A DNA stretch of 38,315 nucleotides from a virus (Duplodnaviria > Caudoviricetes): IMG/VR virus record IMGVR_UViG_3300032221_000163, positions 1 through 38,315 of that record. The stretch is one strand, 5' to 3'. A model generated the notes under the pieces. That model made no database searches. It was given only the letters and a program-made list of their open reading frames with translations, and was not told the DNA's origin. Both the position numbers and the translations under genes were made by a program. Positions 10,701 to 19,028 of this stretch are shown here, piece after piece (the stretch's first letter is position 1; the number at the start of each line of letters is the position of its first letter).

Positions 10701-10989
10701 TAACAGGCTGAGACCTGTAACTTATCAGTGGATTGAAAACCAGAATCACGACATTGGCTTCATCGCCCACGAAGTTCAAGAGGTATTCCCGAATGCTGTT
10801 GGCGGAGACAAAGACGCTGTTGATGAGAACGGCAAAATCCTTCCGCAAACCTACGATCCATCCAAGCTGGTGCCTCTGTTGACGGCTGCGTTGCAGGAAG
10901 CATTGACTGAGATCGACAAGCTGAAGGCTCGCGTTGCAGCCCTTGAGCCTGCAGCACCGCAGAAGCAAGCGGACCCTGGCAGCAAGTAG
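7738..10989 (+). CDS. Tail fibre protein with T7 gp17-like N-terminal adaptor, short collagen-like segment, repeated modules and C-terminal intramolecular chaperone (peptidase S74-like)
   Basis: N-terminal F..PYL....I.VY / RRITP / LTADQLN pattern; GPKGDKGDKGDRGEPG (8383-8430); three NDMPGRLVFSTTADG..PTERMR repeats; C-terminal SDYRLKENV...GFIAHEVQEVFP plus coiled coil. Confidence 0.9.
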   Translation: MALLRLTYSGNVYNAAPAGTVDFPLVTKGGKNIPYLQRSHIHVYRSVDQGVTWTELARPTQWDFDSTGTIARLKSAVTGEWILVRRITPYQELYTQFQDSSLLTADQLNEAEKFGLYVNQEQFDSGDQGFWSDPHQVVTKPMQRAGTWPADGKDEHIATTDAIAARHDNYLQPGLPTPVVAPEKEQPGKLWLDNDDILSRFWDPTANAWVTLANTGPKGDKGDKGDRGEPGGVAFKGDIDVTAAPPSGAQAGWQYVTTTTGTAHPGFVGITGTVTKGNLLLYTGDTWIIQQDAIPGVVDATESSRGIVELASPDETKNGTDATRAVHPAGLKSALAEYPKQGVRGTAANPGYYFDDGTGLYSPSENQVAISTNGTERLRIDPTGQIEAVSLGSAAAPTFSWTGDPNTGIYSPGADQVAISTNGTGRLFVDSFGRLLAGTSSALNVGGNAGFEQFQLAGLGASLTRFDNGASSPVLTFAKSRGTATGANTVVSSGDAIGQIYFNGADGTGYVPAALIEARVDGIPGTNDMPGRLVFSTTADGSASPTERMRLDSSGRLLVGTSSVINVGTLNQAIQIAGTGGPGNLTVSRYTNDVTGSLIGIGKSRSTTVGGFGIVSAGDNLGQYSFYGADGAAFIEAARVSAQVDGTAGANDMPGRLVFSTTADGASSPTERMRLDSSGRLGLGTSSPGSYNASGDDLVIANTGANAGITVATGSSFASRIYFADGTTGSETLAGFLDYNHSTDSLSFGVNASERARIDSSGRLLVGTSSALNVSGSAGFEGFQVAGTGSGSNVSLSRWAATTGAAVFSFAKSRGASIGTNTVVVADDSIGRLDFNAADGTSFISAAQIQAFVDGTPGTNDMPGRLVFSTTADGATNPTERMRITQDGDVFINHNSSTSPVVGGEKLGVVGGSNMAIAASTATNTVPTVYLANTSDTANTHLMRFSTGAGGNTRGEIYYNGSQLIYATSSDYRLKENVQPLLSGIELVNRLRPVTYQWIENQNHDIGFIAHEVQEVFPNAVGGDKDAVDENGKILPQTYDPSKLVPLLTAALQEALTEIDKLKARVAALEPAAPQKQADPGSK
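9295..10386 (+). repeat. Three ~90-110 bp imperfect direct repeats inside the tail fibre gene (9295, 9667, 10294)
   Basis: Each starts GTAGACGGCA..(C/G)CCGGC.C.AACGACATGCC.GGC and encodes DG..G.NDMPGRLVFSTTADG...PTERMR. Confidence 0.85.
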
Positions 10990-11024
10990 TTACCTTCACT
11001 GATCACCCTCACCTCATTAACACC

Positions 11025-11336
11025 ATGACCAAAGCCAATCCCCACCCCACCTGGCACATCGCCAACCTGGAACGCGAAGTCGCCACAGGCAAGGTCACCA
11101 CGGTTCACTACACCGTGGACCTGCAGGACGACACCTACAGCGCTGGCGCCTACGGCAGCGTTGGCGTTGACGGCGAAATCAGCGTTGCATTCAAGGACCT
11201 GACCGAGGCCACCTGCATCCAGTGGGTGAAGGACCGGCTGGGCGAAGAGAAGCTGCAGGAGATCGGCAAGGCATTAGCCGAGCAGATCGAAAGCCAGCGT
11301 GCCCCGAAGGTGGCAGCTGGTCTCCCCTGGAGCTGA
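11025..11336 (+). CDS. Small tail-fibre-associated protein
   Basis: 103 aa with W.I..LER...G.V..VHY...F.DLTE...I.WVK..LG...G.PW, a pattern I recall next to tail fibres in aquatic phages. Confidence 0.65.
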   Translation: MTKANPHPTWHIANLEREVATGKVTTVHYTVDLQDDTYSAGAYGSVGVDGEISVAFKDLTEATCIQWVKDRLGEEKLQEIGKALAEQIESQRAPKVAAGLPWS

Positions 11337-11340
11337 ACCA

Positions 11341-12630
11341 ATGTCCTTCCCTTTTCCCACTAATCCTGTTGACGGACAGGTTGCCACTCATGTGGCAAGT
11401 GATGGCACCGTCCTTGTGGCCACCTACCACGCCAATAAAAACGAATGGTCTGTTGAGAGGCAGGCTGAACCCACCCAGCTGATCACCAGTCCACAACGGT
11501 TTGAAGTCAAGGCCACCCATGACCAGCAGGTCATTACATGGGATGCCACAGCCCAGAAGTGGATTGCACAGAACAACCCGGTGAAGCTCAGTGAGCTACG
11601 GGATGTCAACCAGCACAGTGCCGCAGCTGAGGGCACGATGCCGATCTGGTCAACGGTTGCTCAGCAGTTCATCTTCAACACACCCAACGCCCACGTGAAG
11701 CCATGGGACACGGTGCGTCGTTGGGAGTCTGGTTCCACCGTGATCCATCACGGCGAGCTGTGGAGGGCAACGACCGATAACAGCAACGTCGAGCCGCAGC
11801 ACGAGAACGGTCGTGTCACGCTCTACATCAACGTCCATGGCGAGCCCACCTTTGGCCTGGTGCCAATGGGCCTAGGTACCACCGACCCGCCTTCTGGCAC
11901 CCATCCACTGCCTCCCAGCAAGTACGCCTACTACCTCGTCTACACCGACGACACCACGCCTTCCACGATTTGGAAGTTTGTGGTGAAGGGCGTCAACCCT
12001 GATACGCACCAGCCGTATGGCGAATGGGAGGGTCGTCCCTGGCAGTGCATCATCTGGCGTTCCCTGGTGCCACCGCCGTTGAAGTTCCCGCCCAACATTG
12101 TGATGGTGTGGATCTATGGCACCACTACTGGCCAGCATCCACCTGTGTTGGGTCAGCAGGCGTGGGCTTCGGTCGATCTCAACAGCCACATCAGCCGCGC
12201 CACCGACGTTGAGGCACCCAACCCCACCCACGGCGACCTGCTGATCTTTGACGCCAGCATCAGCAAGTGGAAGGCCGTTCACCGCAACGTACTGATCGAC
12301 CCCTCGCAGAACGAGACCCATCCCCTGCGGATGGTCAACGCCAACCCGGTAATCGTGTCTGACACGGACTACTCCCTGCTGCTGGACCTACCGAGTGGCA
12401 CTGAACCGTTGATCACGCTGCCCAATCCTGTTGGTTGCAAGGGGCGTGAGCTGCATTTCAAGAACTACCACACAGCTGTCGCTCGATCCACCGTGGCCAA
12501 CGTTCGCAGCAACCGGGACTACGCCACCTTCACCGACCAGATCACTGCCAACACAAATGGAGCTTGGGCTGTGTTGGTGTCAGACGGTATTGCATGGGTG
12601 AAGCTATCGGCCTATCCAACTAGCGACTGA
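11341..12630 (+). CDS. Secondary tail fibre / receptor-binding-like structural protein
   Basis: Likely start MSFPFPTNPVDGQV. Contains L.D..DV...GD.L.(W/F)D....KW fibre-type repeats and a W......G..V.H.G.LW.A segment resembling small carbohydrate-binding modules. Confidence 0.55.
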   Translation: MSFPFPTNPVDGQVATHVASDGTVLVATYHANKNEWSVERQAEPTQLITSPQRFEVKATHDQQVITWDATAQKWIAQNNPVKLSELRDVNQHSAAAEGTMPIWSTVAQQFIFNTPNAHVKPWDTVRRWESGSTVIHHGELWRATTDNSNVEPQHENGRVTLYINVHGEPTFGLVPMGLGTTDPPSGTHPLPPSKYAYYLVYTDDTTPSTIWKFVVKGVNPDTHQPYGEWEGRPWQCIIWRSLVPPPLKFPPNIVMVWIYGTTTGQHPPVLGQQAWASVDLNSHISRATDVEAPNPTHGDLLIFDASISKWKAVHRNVLIDPSQNETHPLRMVNANPVIVSDTDYSLLLDLPSGTEPLITLPNPVGCKGRELHFKNYHTAVARSTVANVRSNRDYATFTDQITANTNGAWAVLVSDGIAWVKLSAYPTSD

Positions 12631-12869
12631 TGAAACCCTGGCTACGCAACTCAATCATTGCTGTCGTAGCCAGTATCTGCTTCCTGTCGATTGGCTGGTG
12701 GTCGGTGTGCAATTTCATGGTGGGGCCTGCTTTGTTTCAGGCCACCATGGCAGGCAAGTTGAAGGAAGAACCCACCGTTTGTCAGGACGTTGATAGCAGG
12801 GCAGTGCAGACCCTGACATCGCTGCTGGCCACGTTGATTGGACTGGGCAGCGCACCACCCAACCCCTAA
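12630..12869 (+). CDS. Small two-helix membrane protein, holin-like
   Basis: 79 aa with two hydrophobic segments; last gene of the tail block; TGATG coupling. Confidence 0.4.
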   Translation: MKPWLRNSIIAVVASICFLSIGWWSVCNFMVGPALFQATMAGKLKEEPTVCQDVDSRAVQTLTSLLATLIGLGSAPPNP

Positions 12870-13195
12870 ATCACCGTTCGGGTCTGGTGCTGCGGATCTG
12901 ATTCATCCAACCCATGGGCTTGTGGATCCCAGCTACCTTCCACTGGAACTCCGCTAACGAGGGCCTCACGGGGCCCTTTTTTGTTGGCATCCATGTCAGC
13001 CAAGCTGGCCAGCCAGGACTCCAGGCTTTCCCGCATCGGAATGGACTTAGGAATCTTGAGGAAGCGGCGCAGCTCAGTAATGTCCCGGATGAAGACGCTG
13101 GCACCACCGCTGTAGGCGATGAAGTATCGCCCGTTCCAATCCCTGCTGGTCTCGATGGATTGGTGTTGGCTGAGCCGGATGGCATCACGCTTCAT
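12866..13195 (-). CDS. Hypothetical protein
   Basis: 109 aa; start overlaps the lipase end; stop overlaps the convergent plus-strand stop. Confidence 0.55.
   Translation of the reverse strand: MKRDAIRLSQHQSIETSRDWNGRYFIAYSGGASVFIRDITELRRFLKIPKSIPMRESLESWLASLADMDANKKGPREALVSGVPVEGSWDPQAHGLDESDPQHQTRTVI
12960..12982 (+). terminator. Intrinsic terminator for the plus-strand tail operon, inside an antisense CDS
   Basis: AGGGCCT-CACG-GGGCCCT followed by a T run, about 90 nt after the last plus-strand stop. Confidence 0.7.
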
Positions 13196-13766
13196 GGATC
13201 AACCTCCGGTACACACCCATGTCATGGTCCCGGATACCTCGCAATGCGTGCAGTGGACTGGATGGTTCCAGCTGGATAACGGGTGCAGTGTGTCTGAACC
13301 CAGCAATCCAGAGCGGCATCTCCGGCACGATGTCACTGGCGTGGCGGTAGCGGTGGTGTGGCACCCGCAGCCGCTGCCGTAGCTTCCGCCCACCAGGGCG
13401 TGGTGAGCCAAAGGTGACCAGCTCCAGCTGGGGGATTTCGTTCTGCAGCTGTGCCGCCATGATCGTGGCTACAGCACCACCCAAGCTGTGACCACACAAC
13501 ACGATGGTGTGGTTGAGGTCCAGCTCCACCCGTTGCGCCCACATCTCAGCCATCAGCTGCCTGGCATAGGACCCGAAGCCCAGGTGTTCATCGCTGCTGG
13601 TCAGGATGAACTCAAAGTTCCTGCGCCAGTCCGCCAGTTCATCGCTGCCTTCAATGGCGATCCAGGTGGTGGTGTCTTCGGTATGCACCAACCAGTCATC
13701 TGGGTTGATGTACACCGCACGGCATAGGTCAGCAGCAACGCTGAGCTGGTAGTGACTCAGGGCCAT
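13185..13766 (-). CDS. Class 3 lipase (alpha/beta hydrolase)
   Basis: GHSLGG nucleophile elbow, IAIEGS oxyanion region, TFGSPRPG, DIVP, C-terminal DH. Likely start MALSHYQ at 13766. Confidence 0.85.
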   Translation of the reverse strand: MALSHYQLSVAADLCRAVYINPDDWLVHTEDTTTWIAIEGSDELADWRRNFEFILTSSDEHLGFGSYARQLMAEMWAQRVELDLNHTIVLCGHSLGGAVATIMAAQLQNEIPQLELVTFGSPRPGGRKLRQRLRVPHHRYRHASDIVPEMPLWIAGFRHTAPVIQLEPSSPLHALRGIRDHDMGVYRRLIHEA

Positions 13767-13927
13767 CGCCAGTCTCCGCAATTCATGGCAGCGCAGGTGG
13801 CTTCTATTCCCTGTTGCTGCAGCCAACGCTGCATTGCTTCAACGCTATGGAAGCCATGGCATTTGCTCACCTGTTCCACCGGAGTAGAGACAGGTGGTGG
13901 TGGTGGCAGGCAGACGGTGATCAGCAT
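13757..13927 (-). CDS. Hypothetical 56-aa protein, not in the ORF track
   Basis: Manual translation MLITVCLPPPPPVSTPVEQVSKCHGF...GDWRWP; ATG overlaps the upstream TGA and the ORF fills the gap before the lipase. Confidence 0.5.
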   Translation of the reverse strand: MLITVCLPPPPPVSTPVEQVSKCHGFHSVEAMQRWLQQQGIEATCAAMNCGDWRWP

Positions 13928-14145
13928 CAGGTTCCTTCTGGATGCATGAAGTCTTTGACCAGTTGATCTCTGGAGCGGTACTCCTCAAGCCACTCGGCGT
14001 GCTTTGCCAGCAGGCAGGCGCCACCAGGTAGTTCCAGGATGTGGGCATAGAGCTTGTTGATAGCTGCCTCTTGGTGAGGCGCTCCGCGATACCAGAGCCA
14101 CGCCTCCCGCCATTTCTCATAGCTGATCAGCGTGTCTTGGATCAT
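13927..14145 (-). CDS. Small protein resembling a domain found N-terminal in cyanophage endolysins/peptidases
   Basis: 72 aa with YRG.PHQ.AAI..L...I...W...YR pattern; similarity recalled, not searched. Confidence 0.5.
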   Translation of the reverse strand: MIQDTLISYEKWREAWLWYRGAPHQEAAINKLYAHILELPGGACLLAKHAEWLEEYRSRDQLVKDFMHPEGT

Positions 14146-14149
14146 GTTG

Positions 14150-14169
14150 AAAAGGGGGCCGTAGCCCCC
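14150..14169 (-). terminator. Intrinsic terminator after the AbrB-like gene
   Basis: Minus strand GGGGGC-TACG-GCCCCC-TTTT (cUACGg tetraloop). Confidence 0.75.
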
Positions 14170-14199
14170 GTGTCACCTTGGCCTTTGCGCAACCGCAAG

Positions 14200-14601
14200 C
14201 TAGGCAATGGTTGCCAGCGATGCCACTGGTGGCGTCACAGCAGCAGGTGCATCCTCGTCTGGTTCCAGCACGATGCAGTTCTCCTCCACAATCACGCGGA
14301 CGTAGCTGCCGGGCTTCATGCCGCACTGGTCGGTGTAGGCACGGCTCACCGGCACCAGACCCTTGGGGCCAACCTTGAGGCGGTAGGTGGCTTCCTTCCC
14401 GCCCTCGGTGCGCTCATTCAACACAGGGCCAAGCTCATGTCCATTGGCTGCAGCCAGGGCCTCAAAGAACTTGGTGCGCTGCAGGCTGAGACGACCGTTG
14501 CGGCGGATGACATAGCCAGCGCCTTCGATCACTTTGTCTCGATCGTCACCTTGATGAGCATCCAGGTAACGCAGCAGGTCTTGGCCCTTCAGTGCAGCCA
14601 T
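14200..14601 (-). CDS. Cyanobacterial AbrB-like transcriptional regulator
   Basis: LKGQDLL...AGYV......RL....FFEAL..A.G N-domain, then YRLKV...G.V.V...YT...GMKPG..V.V swapped-hairpin domain. Confidence 0.8.
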   Translation of the reverse strand: MAALKGQDLLRYLDAHQGDDRDKVIEGAGYVIRRNGRLSLQRTKFFEALAAANGHELGPVLNERTEGGKEATYRLKVGPKGLVPVSRAYTDQCGMKPGSYVRVIVEENCIVLEPDEDAPAAVTPPVASLATIA

Positions 14602-14611
14602 GAGTAATACT

Positions 14612-14627
14612 GTTGATCAATGTCAAC
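14612..14627 (-). promoter_or_regulatory. GTTGA-N6-TCAAC palindrome upstream of the AbrB-like gene
   Basis: TACTGTTGA-tcaatg-TCAACTGTA in a 30-bp intergenic gap; same family as 21001 and 28828. Confidence 0.55.
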
Positions 14628-14631
14628 TGTA

Positions 14632-15780
14632 TCATCTCCAACCCAATGTGCCATCAGCTTTCTGATAGGTGCCCATGCTGATTGCACCCTGCACTCCATT
14701 CACGAATGCGCTGCCAATCATCCCTGCAGTGCTTGGTTCATACACCTTGGTTGGCGCCATGTACTCAGGCCGCAGTCCCTTGATCGGCTTGATCGGATCA
14801 AAGATGATCGACTTCCGATACGGCATCGATGCCTCATTGATGATCCCCTGCGTCTGGATCTGCAGCGACTTCATCTCCCGTGCACCCTGACGACCAGCCA
14901 GTTCAAAGCTTGGAATCGTCAGGTCACGGAATACCCCGGTCTCATACGCCGTATCCGCTGCATACCGGTTGTTGGTGTACCGGATCTTCTCTGACTGGTC
15001 CTGCATCTGTAGCGCCATGCGCCCCAGCTGCACCGCGGTTTCGCCACGCATCGCCGTGTTCATCAGCCCCAACCGTGCCTGCCGGTCCCGCGACTGCAGT
15101 TCCATCTGCCCCCATGCCTGACCCAGTTTCTGCGCCACGTTCACAGCCAACCGGTCAGCAGTAGCGCTGCCGCCGGTTCGGGCGCTAGCTGTCGCTGCAA
15201 CCTGGGCACCATCGATCACAGCAGCGATCTGCCCCATCTCCCACTGCAGCTGATCCTTCTGCTGCTCAAACACCAAGCTGCTCACCAGCGCCTGGCCCTC
15301 ACGTTCCGTCTGGTTGACCAGTTGCATGGACTGCAACGCCGTGTCCCGGATGCCAGCCATGTACTGGCGCACCGTCTCACCAGCGGTGGAAGCCAGCTGG
15401 TCCATCTTGTAGCCGTACTCCATCCCAACCTGGGTGGCACGGAGCTTTTCCTCGGTGATGAACTTGTCCCGGATGGCCTGGGTGTTGACCTCCAGGTTTT
15501 GCATGGCGGACTCGATCAGCTTCTGGGATCGCCAGTTGTGATCTGATTCCTTCTGCCGCTCGGCAAAGCGCATTGCCTCCGTCTGAGCGGTCTGCCACAA
15601 CCAGTTGGATTTCTTGTCCCACCAGTCGATACGCCATTCCTTCATGGCGCGGCGGTACTGCTTCTTGGCCATCTGCTCGGCCAACTTGTTGGCTTCCTTC
15701 GCAGCCTGCTGCTGCTGCATTCCACCCAGGATCCCCTGGCCTAAACCGAGGATTGCACCTGCTGCTGCCCAGAACGCCAT
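14632..15780 (-). CDS. Internal virion protein, gp14-like
   Basis: Follows tail tubular B; hydrophobic Gly/Ala N-terminus then Gln/Ala-rich coiled coil. Confidence 0.65.
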   Translation of the reverse strand: MAFWAAAGAILGLGQGILGGMQQQQAAKEANKLAEQMAKKQYRRAMKEWRIDWWDKKSNWLWQTAQTEAMRFAERQKESDHNWRSQKLIESAMQNLEVNTQAIRDKFITEEKLRATQVGMEYGYKMDQLASTAGETVRQYMAGIRDTALQSMQLVNQTEREGQALVSSLVFEQQKDQLQWEMGQIAAVIDGAQVAATASARTGGSATADRLAVNVAQKLGQAWGQMELQSRDRQARLGLMNTAMRGETAVQLGRMALQMQDQSEKIRYTNNRYAADTAYETGVFRDLTIPSFELAGRQGAREMKSLQIQTQGIINEASMPYRKSIIFDPIKPIKGLRPEYMAPTKVYEPSTAGMIGSAFVNGVQGAISMGTYQKADGTLGWR

Positions 15781-15783
15781 GAC

Positions 15784-18402
15784 TCAGCCCCCCTTGGAAC
15801 GGTTGGAATAGGAGCCCTCCCACATGGCTCCTGTGATCGTCAACGGCAACCAGCTCATTGATTCCACAAAGATGCGACAGGCTGTGTTCTGACAATAGAT
15901 GGGAACTTTGAACTGACCCGTCTCAACATGACTGGTCTCTGTTCCCAGCCTGTTGTTCATCACGTTGAGATGACGACTGCGGAACTTGTGCACACTGTCA
16001 AGCTGACGGTTCTGCCGTTGCACCCGCACGTCATACCGCCCAGCGTTGTGATGGAACGTGCTGAAGGTCAACAGCTGGGTGCGGCCATCCAGCTTCCCGA
16101 TGATCCGGCTCCGTGCTTGGTCCCTGCTCTCCACATACGGCGTGGTGAACTCATACCGAAACTGGTACTCCTCGCCAAAGGCAATCTTCTGCCCGGTCCA
16201 GTCACCCCTTAACTCGCACACAATCTTGTTCCCGCTGGTCGCAGTGCCCAACAGCAGGCCCTCCTTGGTGGCGTTGGTGTAACGCACCACGGCCCGAGCA
16301 GTACCCACCACCTGGTACGGCAGCGTGAACGTTGTCAGCTGGGTATCCGGGTCATAGGCAGCCGTCACGTTGTTGCTGGCTTGTGGATCCTGGTTGCACT
16401 CGGGGTACAGCAGCAGCCGGTCTAGGTGGGGCTGGATGCTGTCTGGCAGCTCCAGCTCATCCGATGTGATGTGAGCGGTGTAGGTCCCATCTGGGTAGGT
16501 CAGGATCAACCACAGCTCGTTGTCCATGAACTTCATCCAACGGACATCACCGTTGAACTGGTACTTGCTCCAGCTGGACTGCGCCTTGGACAACGACTGA
16601 CCACCAGATTGGAATAGGTATTTGTACACGTACAGGGTCTTGCGATCGGTGGGCGTGGAGCACACCGCAAAGTCGATCGTCTCCCCCACATCCCAGTGCG
16701 TTACCAGCCCTTCGATGTACTTGGGAATGTTGAGGCAGACATCGTTGCTACCACCCAGGTTCAACCCTGATCTGCGTTGCGGGGTGTCATAGAAGCTGTA
16801 CTCACGGAAGTGGCTATACCCAAACTCGTTGGTGCCAAACAACACCTGCGGTCCAGCCAGCTTTGGCCGGATGAACGGGTTCATCTGCAGGTTGCTCAAC
16901 CGCAGAATCATTGCCGTGCCCGGCGTCAGCACATCTGCGTCAGCCGGTGACACCCGGAACTGGGAGTACTGGCTGAACACCAGCAGGTTCTCGTCCACCG
17001 GCAGCAGCCAGTTCAACTCACTGCTCACCTCGCTCACGGCCAGAACACTGAACCCATCCTTTGCAGTCAGCGCAACGCTGGTGTCCTGGAAGAAGTTGAA
17101 GATCTGGTCCGTCTCACTGAACACCACGCTCTGGCCAGCGCACATCACATACCGGCCACGGAACAACACGTGGTCACGGACTGTCCTCCCGATAAAAGCT
17201 GGATTGGGAACTGTTGTCTCATCACCAGCTGAACGGTCGCCCCATTTCGGGAACGTGTAGCTGTAGCTGGTTCCACCCACCGTGATGGTCTGAGTGGTGC
17301 CATCAGCTGGACCAACAAAGATCACACCCGGTGCCTTGCGGTAGATCACCAGCGGCATCGTGTCCGGATTGATCTGGTAGACCATCCCAGGCTTGGCCGT
17401 CTCTGCCCAGCTGCCATCACCCATGGCACCACCGCTTGTTGTGGTGAACTTCAGGTAGCGGTCATCAACCGTCTGGCTGGGATCTGAGCTGACGTTGATG
17501 ATGAACCCATTGGGTGCCACCACTGGCAACTCCGCCAGGCTGGTCACGCTGCCCTTCACCACGCGGGCAAAGCTATTGCCGCGGCCATCGTCAACACTCA
17601 TGGTGAAGTCGCTGCCATCGGTCTTCCTCACCCAGACCACGTGACGATCAACCGTGGCCTGGAACCCGGTGGTAGCGGTGATGAACTTCGCTAGCTCCGT
17701 CGCAACCGCGGACGTACTCAGCTGGTTGTTGGTATCGCTGGCCTTGGGTGTGGTGTACGTGCCAACCACCGTGCCATTCAGGGTCAGCTTGTAGCTCACC
17801 TCATACGCCGTGGCCTGCACAAAGATCAGCCCTTCCTTCTTCGCTGCTGGCGTAGTGGCAGTGGACATCGCCACCACCTTCTCCCTGTTGAGCAGCAGGC
17901 CCAGGGGGCCGTTGTTGATCAGGACGTACTTCTGCTGGTAGTTACCAGCTGCGTTGTACAGGTAGCTGGCGGCGGTACCCGTCACACCAGTCCCTGCAAT
18001 CTGGAACGCTGGATCCATGGACAGCGCCGGGGTTGGTGTCAGACCCGTGCCATGCACATCAACCTGAGCTGGCGCTCCGTTCAACGTGATCAGCAGCTTG
18101 GTCTGGCCACCCTCCGGGTAGACCATCACGCTGTATCGCTCGCCCGAAATGACGGGCATCATCTCCAGGTAGAAGTCCGTCACGGGGGTCGGCAGGATCT
18201 TGCCCACCAACCGCAACGGATTCCGCTTGCACAGTCCCTCAATCGGACTGCTCCACCCGTTGAGTTGCTCCTCCCCCTGACCCACCACACGCAGGTGCTT
18301 GGGCTGCTGTGACACGCCCTGGATAAGCGTGTCGATCTTCCCTTCAACAGGGCCGCCAGGTGGCTTGCTGATCTGGCGAGTCAGGTTGGATTTGCGTGCC
18401 AT
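15784..18402 (-). CDS. Tail tubular protein B (gp12-like nozzle)
   Basis: GVSQQP, N.WSSP.EGL.KR, W.ET..PG, TMPL, W..R.AGD..T.P.P.F, QSSWSK; about 872 aa. Confidence 0.93.
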   Translation of the reverse strand: MARKSNLTRQISKPPGGPVEGKIDTLIQGVSQQPKHLRVVGQGEEQLNGWSSPIEGLCKRNPLRLVGKILPTPVTDFYLEMMPVISGERYSVMVYPEGGQTKLLITLNGAPAQVDVHGTGLTPTPALSMDPAFQIAGTGVTGTAASYLYNAAGNYQQKYVLINNGPLGLLLNREKVVAMSTATTPAAKKEGLIFVQATAYEVSYKLTLNGTVVGTYTTPKASDTNNQLSTSAVATELAKFITATTGFQATVDRHVVWVRKTDGSDFTMSVDDGRGNSFARVVKGSVTSLAELPVVAPNGFIINVSSDPSQTVDDRYLKFTTTSGGAMGDGSWAETAKPGMVYQINPDTMPLVIYRKAPGVIFVGPADGTTQTITVGGTSYSYTFPKWGDRSAGDETTVPNPAFIGRTVRDHVLFRGRYVMCAGQSVVFSETDQIFNFFQDTSVALTAKDGFSVLAVSEVSSELNWLLPVDENLLVFSQYSQFRVSPADADVLTPGTAMILRLSNLQMNPFIRPKLAGPQVLFGTNEFGYSHFREYSFYDTPQRRSGLNLGGSNDVCLNIPKYIEGLVTHWDVGETIDFAVCSTPTDRKTLYVYKYLFQSGGQSLSKAQSSWSKYQFNGDVRWMKFMDNELWLILTYPDGTYTAHITSDELELPDSIQPHLDRLLLYPECNQDPQASNNVTAAYDPDTQLTTFTLPYQVVGTARAVVRYTNATKEGLLLGTATSGNKIVCELRGDWTGQKIAFGEEYQFRYEFTTPYVESRDQARSRIIGKLDGRTQLLTFSTFHHNAGRYDVRVQRQNRQLDSVHKFRSRHLNVMNNRLGTETSHVETGQFKVPIYCQNTACRIFVESMSWLPLTITGAMWEGSYSNRSKGG

Positions 18403-19028
18403 CAACGTGTCCGGAAACGGGTGCCTTCAGCTGGGATGTAACCAAGCCCACTGCCCATGCCCCGGTCATTACCCCAGAGCAGGTTGTTGTTCAGGTGACG
18501 CTCCTCGTCACGGATCAACATGGCGCGGGCGTACTCCTCATCCTGTGCCGTATAGGTGTAGATGATGTTGGAGTTGATGTACCGATCGCTGTAAATGCGA
18601 GCGGCACGAATGGTGATGTACTGCTGCACCGCATGAGGCAGGTGTTCCCATGGCAGCTTCATGACGATGCGATCCACAACCAGTGGACCGGTCATGTTCT
18701 TGCCAAAGTTGAACACCCGCTTGAAGCGGTGATACACCCTGTCCCCCCGTGCCACGTACTCCATGTCGGGGTAGCGGTTGGGGGAGAAGATCACCGCCAG
18801 TGCGTCGTCACTGATCGGGAACTGATCGCTGGTGTCCTTCTGCAACTCAACGTTGCGGTCGGTGTTCCAGCTCCAGCCCTCGGCCTGTACGTCACGGCTC
18901 ACCTCATGCAAGGTGCGGCGAGCCAGTGCACTGTCGGTGATCTCATTCACCGTGATGTCACTGAGGCGATCGATCGGCGCTTCACCGATGACGCCAAGCA
19001 GCGTGTTGATCGCCTCTAGTTCCGTCAT
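18402..19028 (-). CDS. Tail tubular protein A (gp11-like adaptor)
   Basis: TELEAINTLL..IGEAP, VQAEGWSWNT, LP..VQQYIT.RAAR. Confidence 0.95.
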   Translation of the reverse strand: MTELEAINTLLGVIGEAPIDRLSDITVNEITDSALARRTLHEVSRDVQAEGWSWNTDRNVELQKDTSDQFPISDDALAVIFSPNRYPDMEYVARGDRVYHRFKRVFNFGKNMTGPLVVDRIVMKLPWEHLPHAVQQYITIRAARIYSDRYINSNIIYTYTAQDEEYARAMLIRDEERHLNNNLLWGNDRGMGSGLGYIPAEGTRFRTR

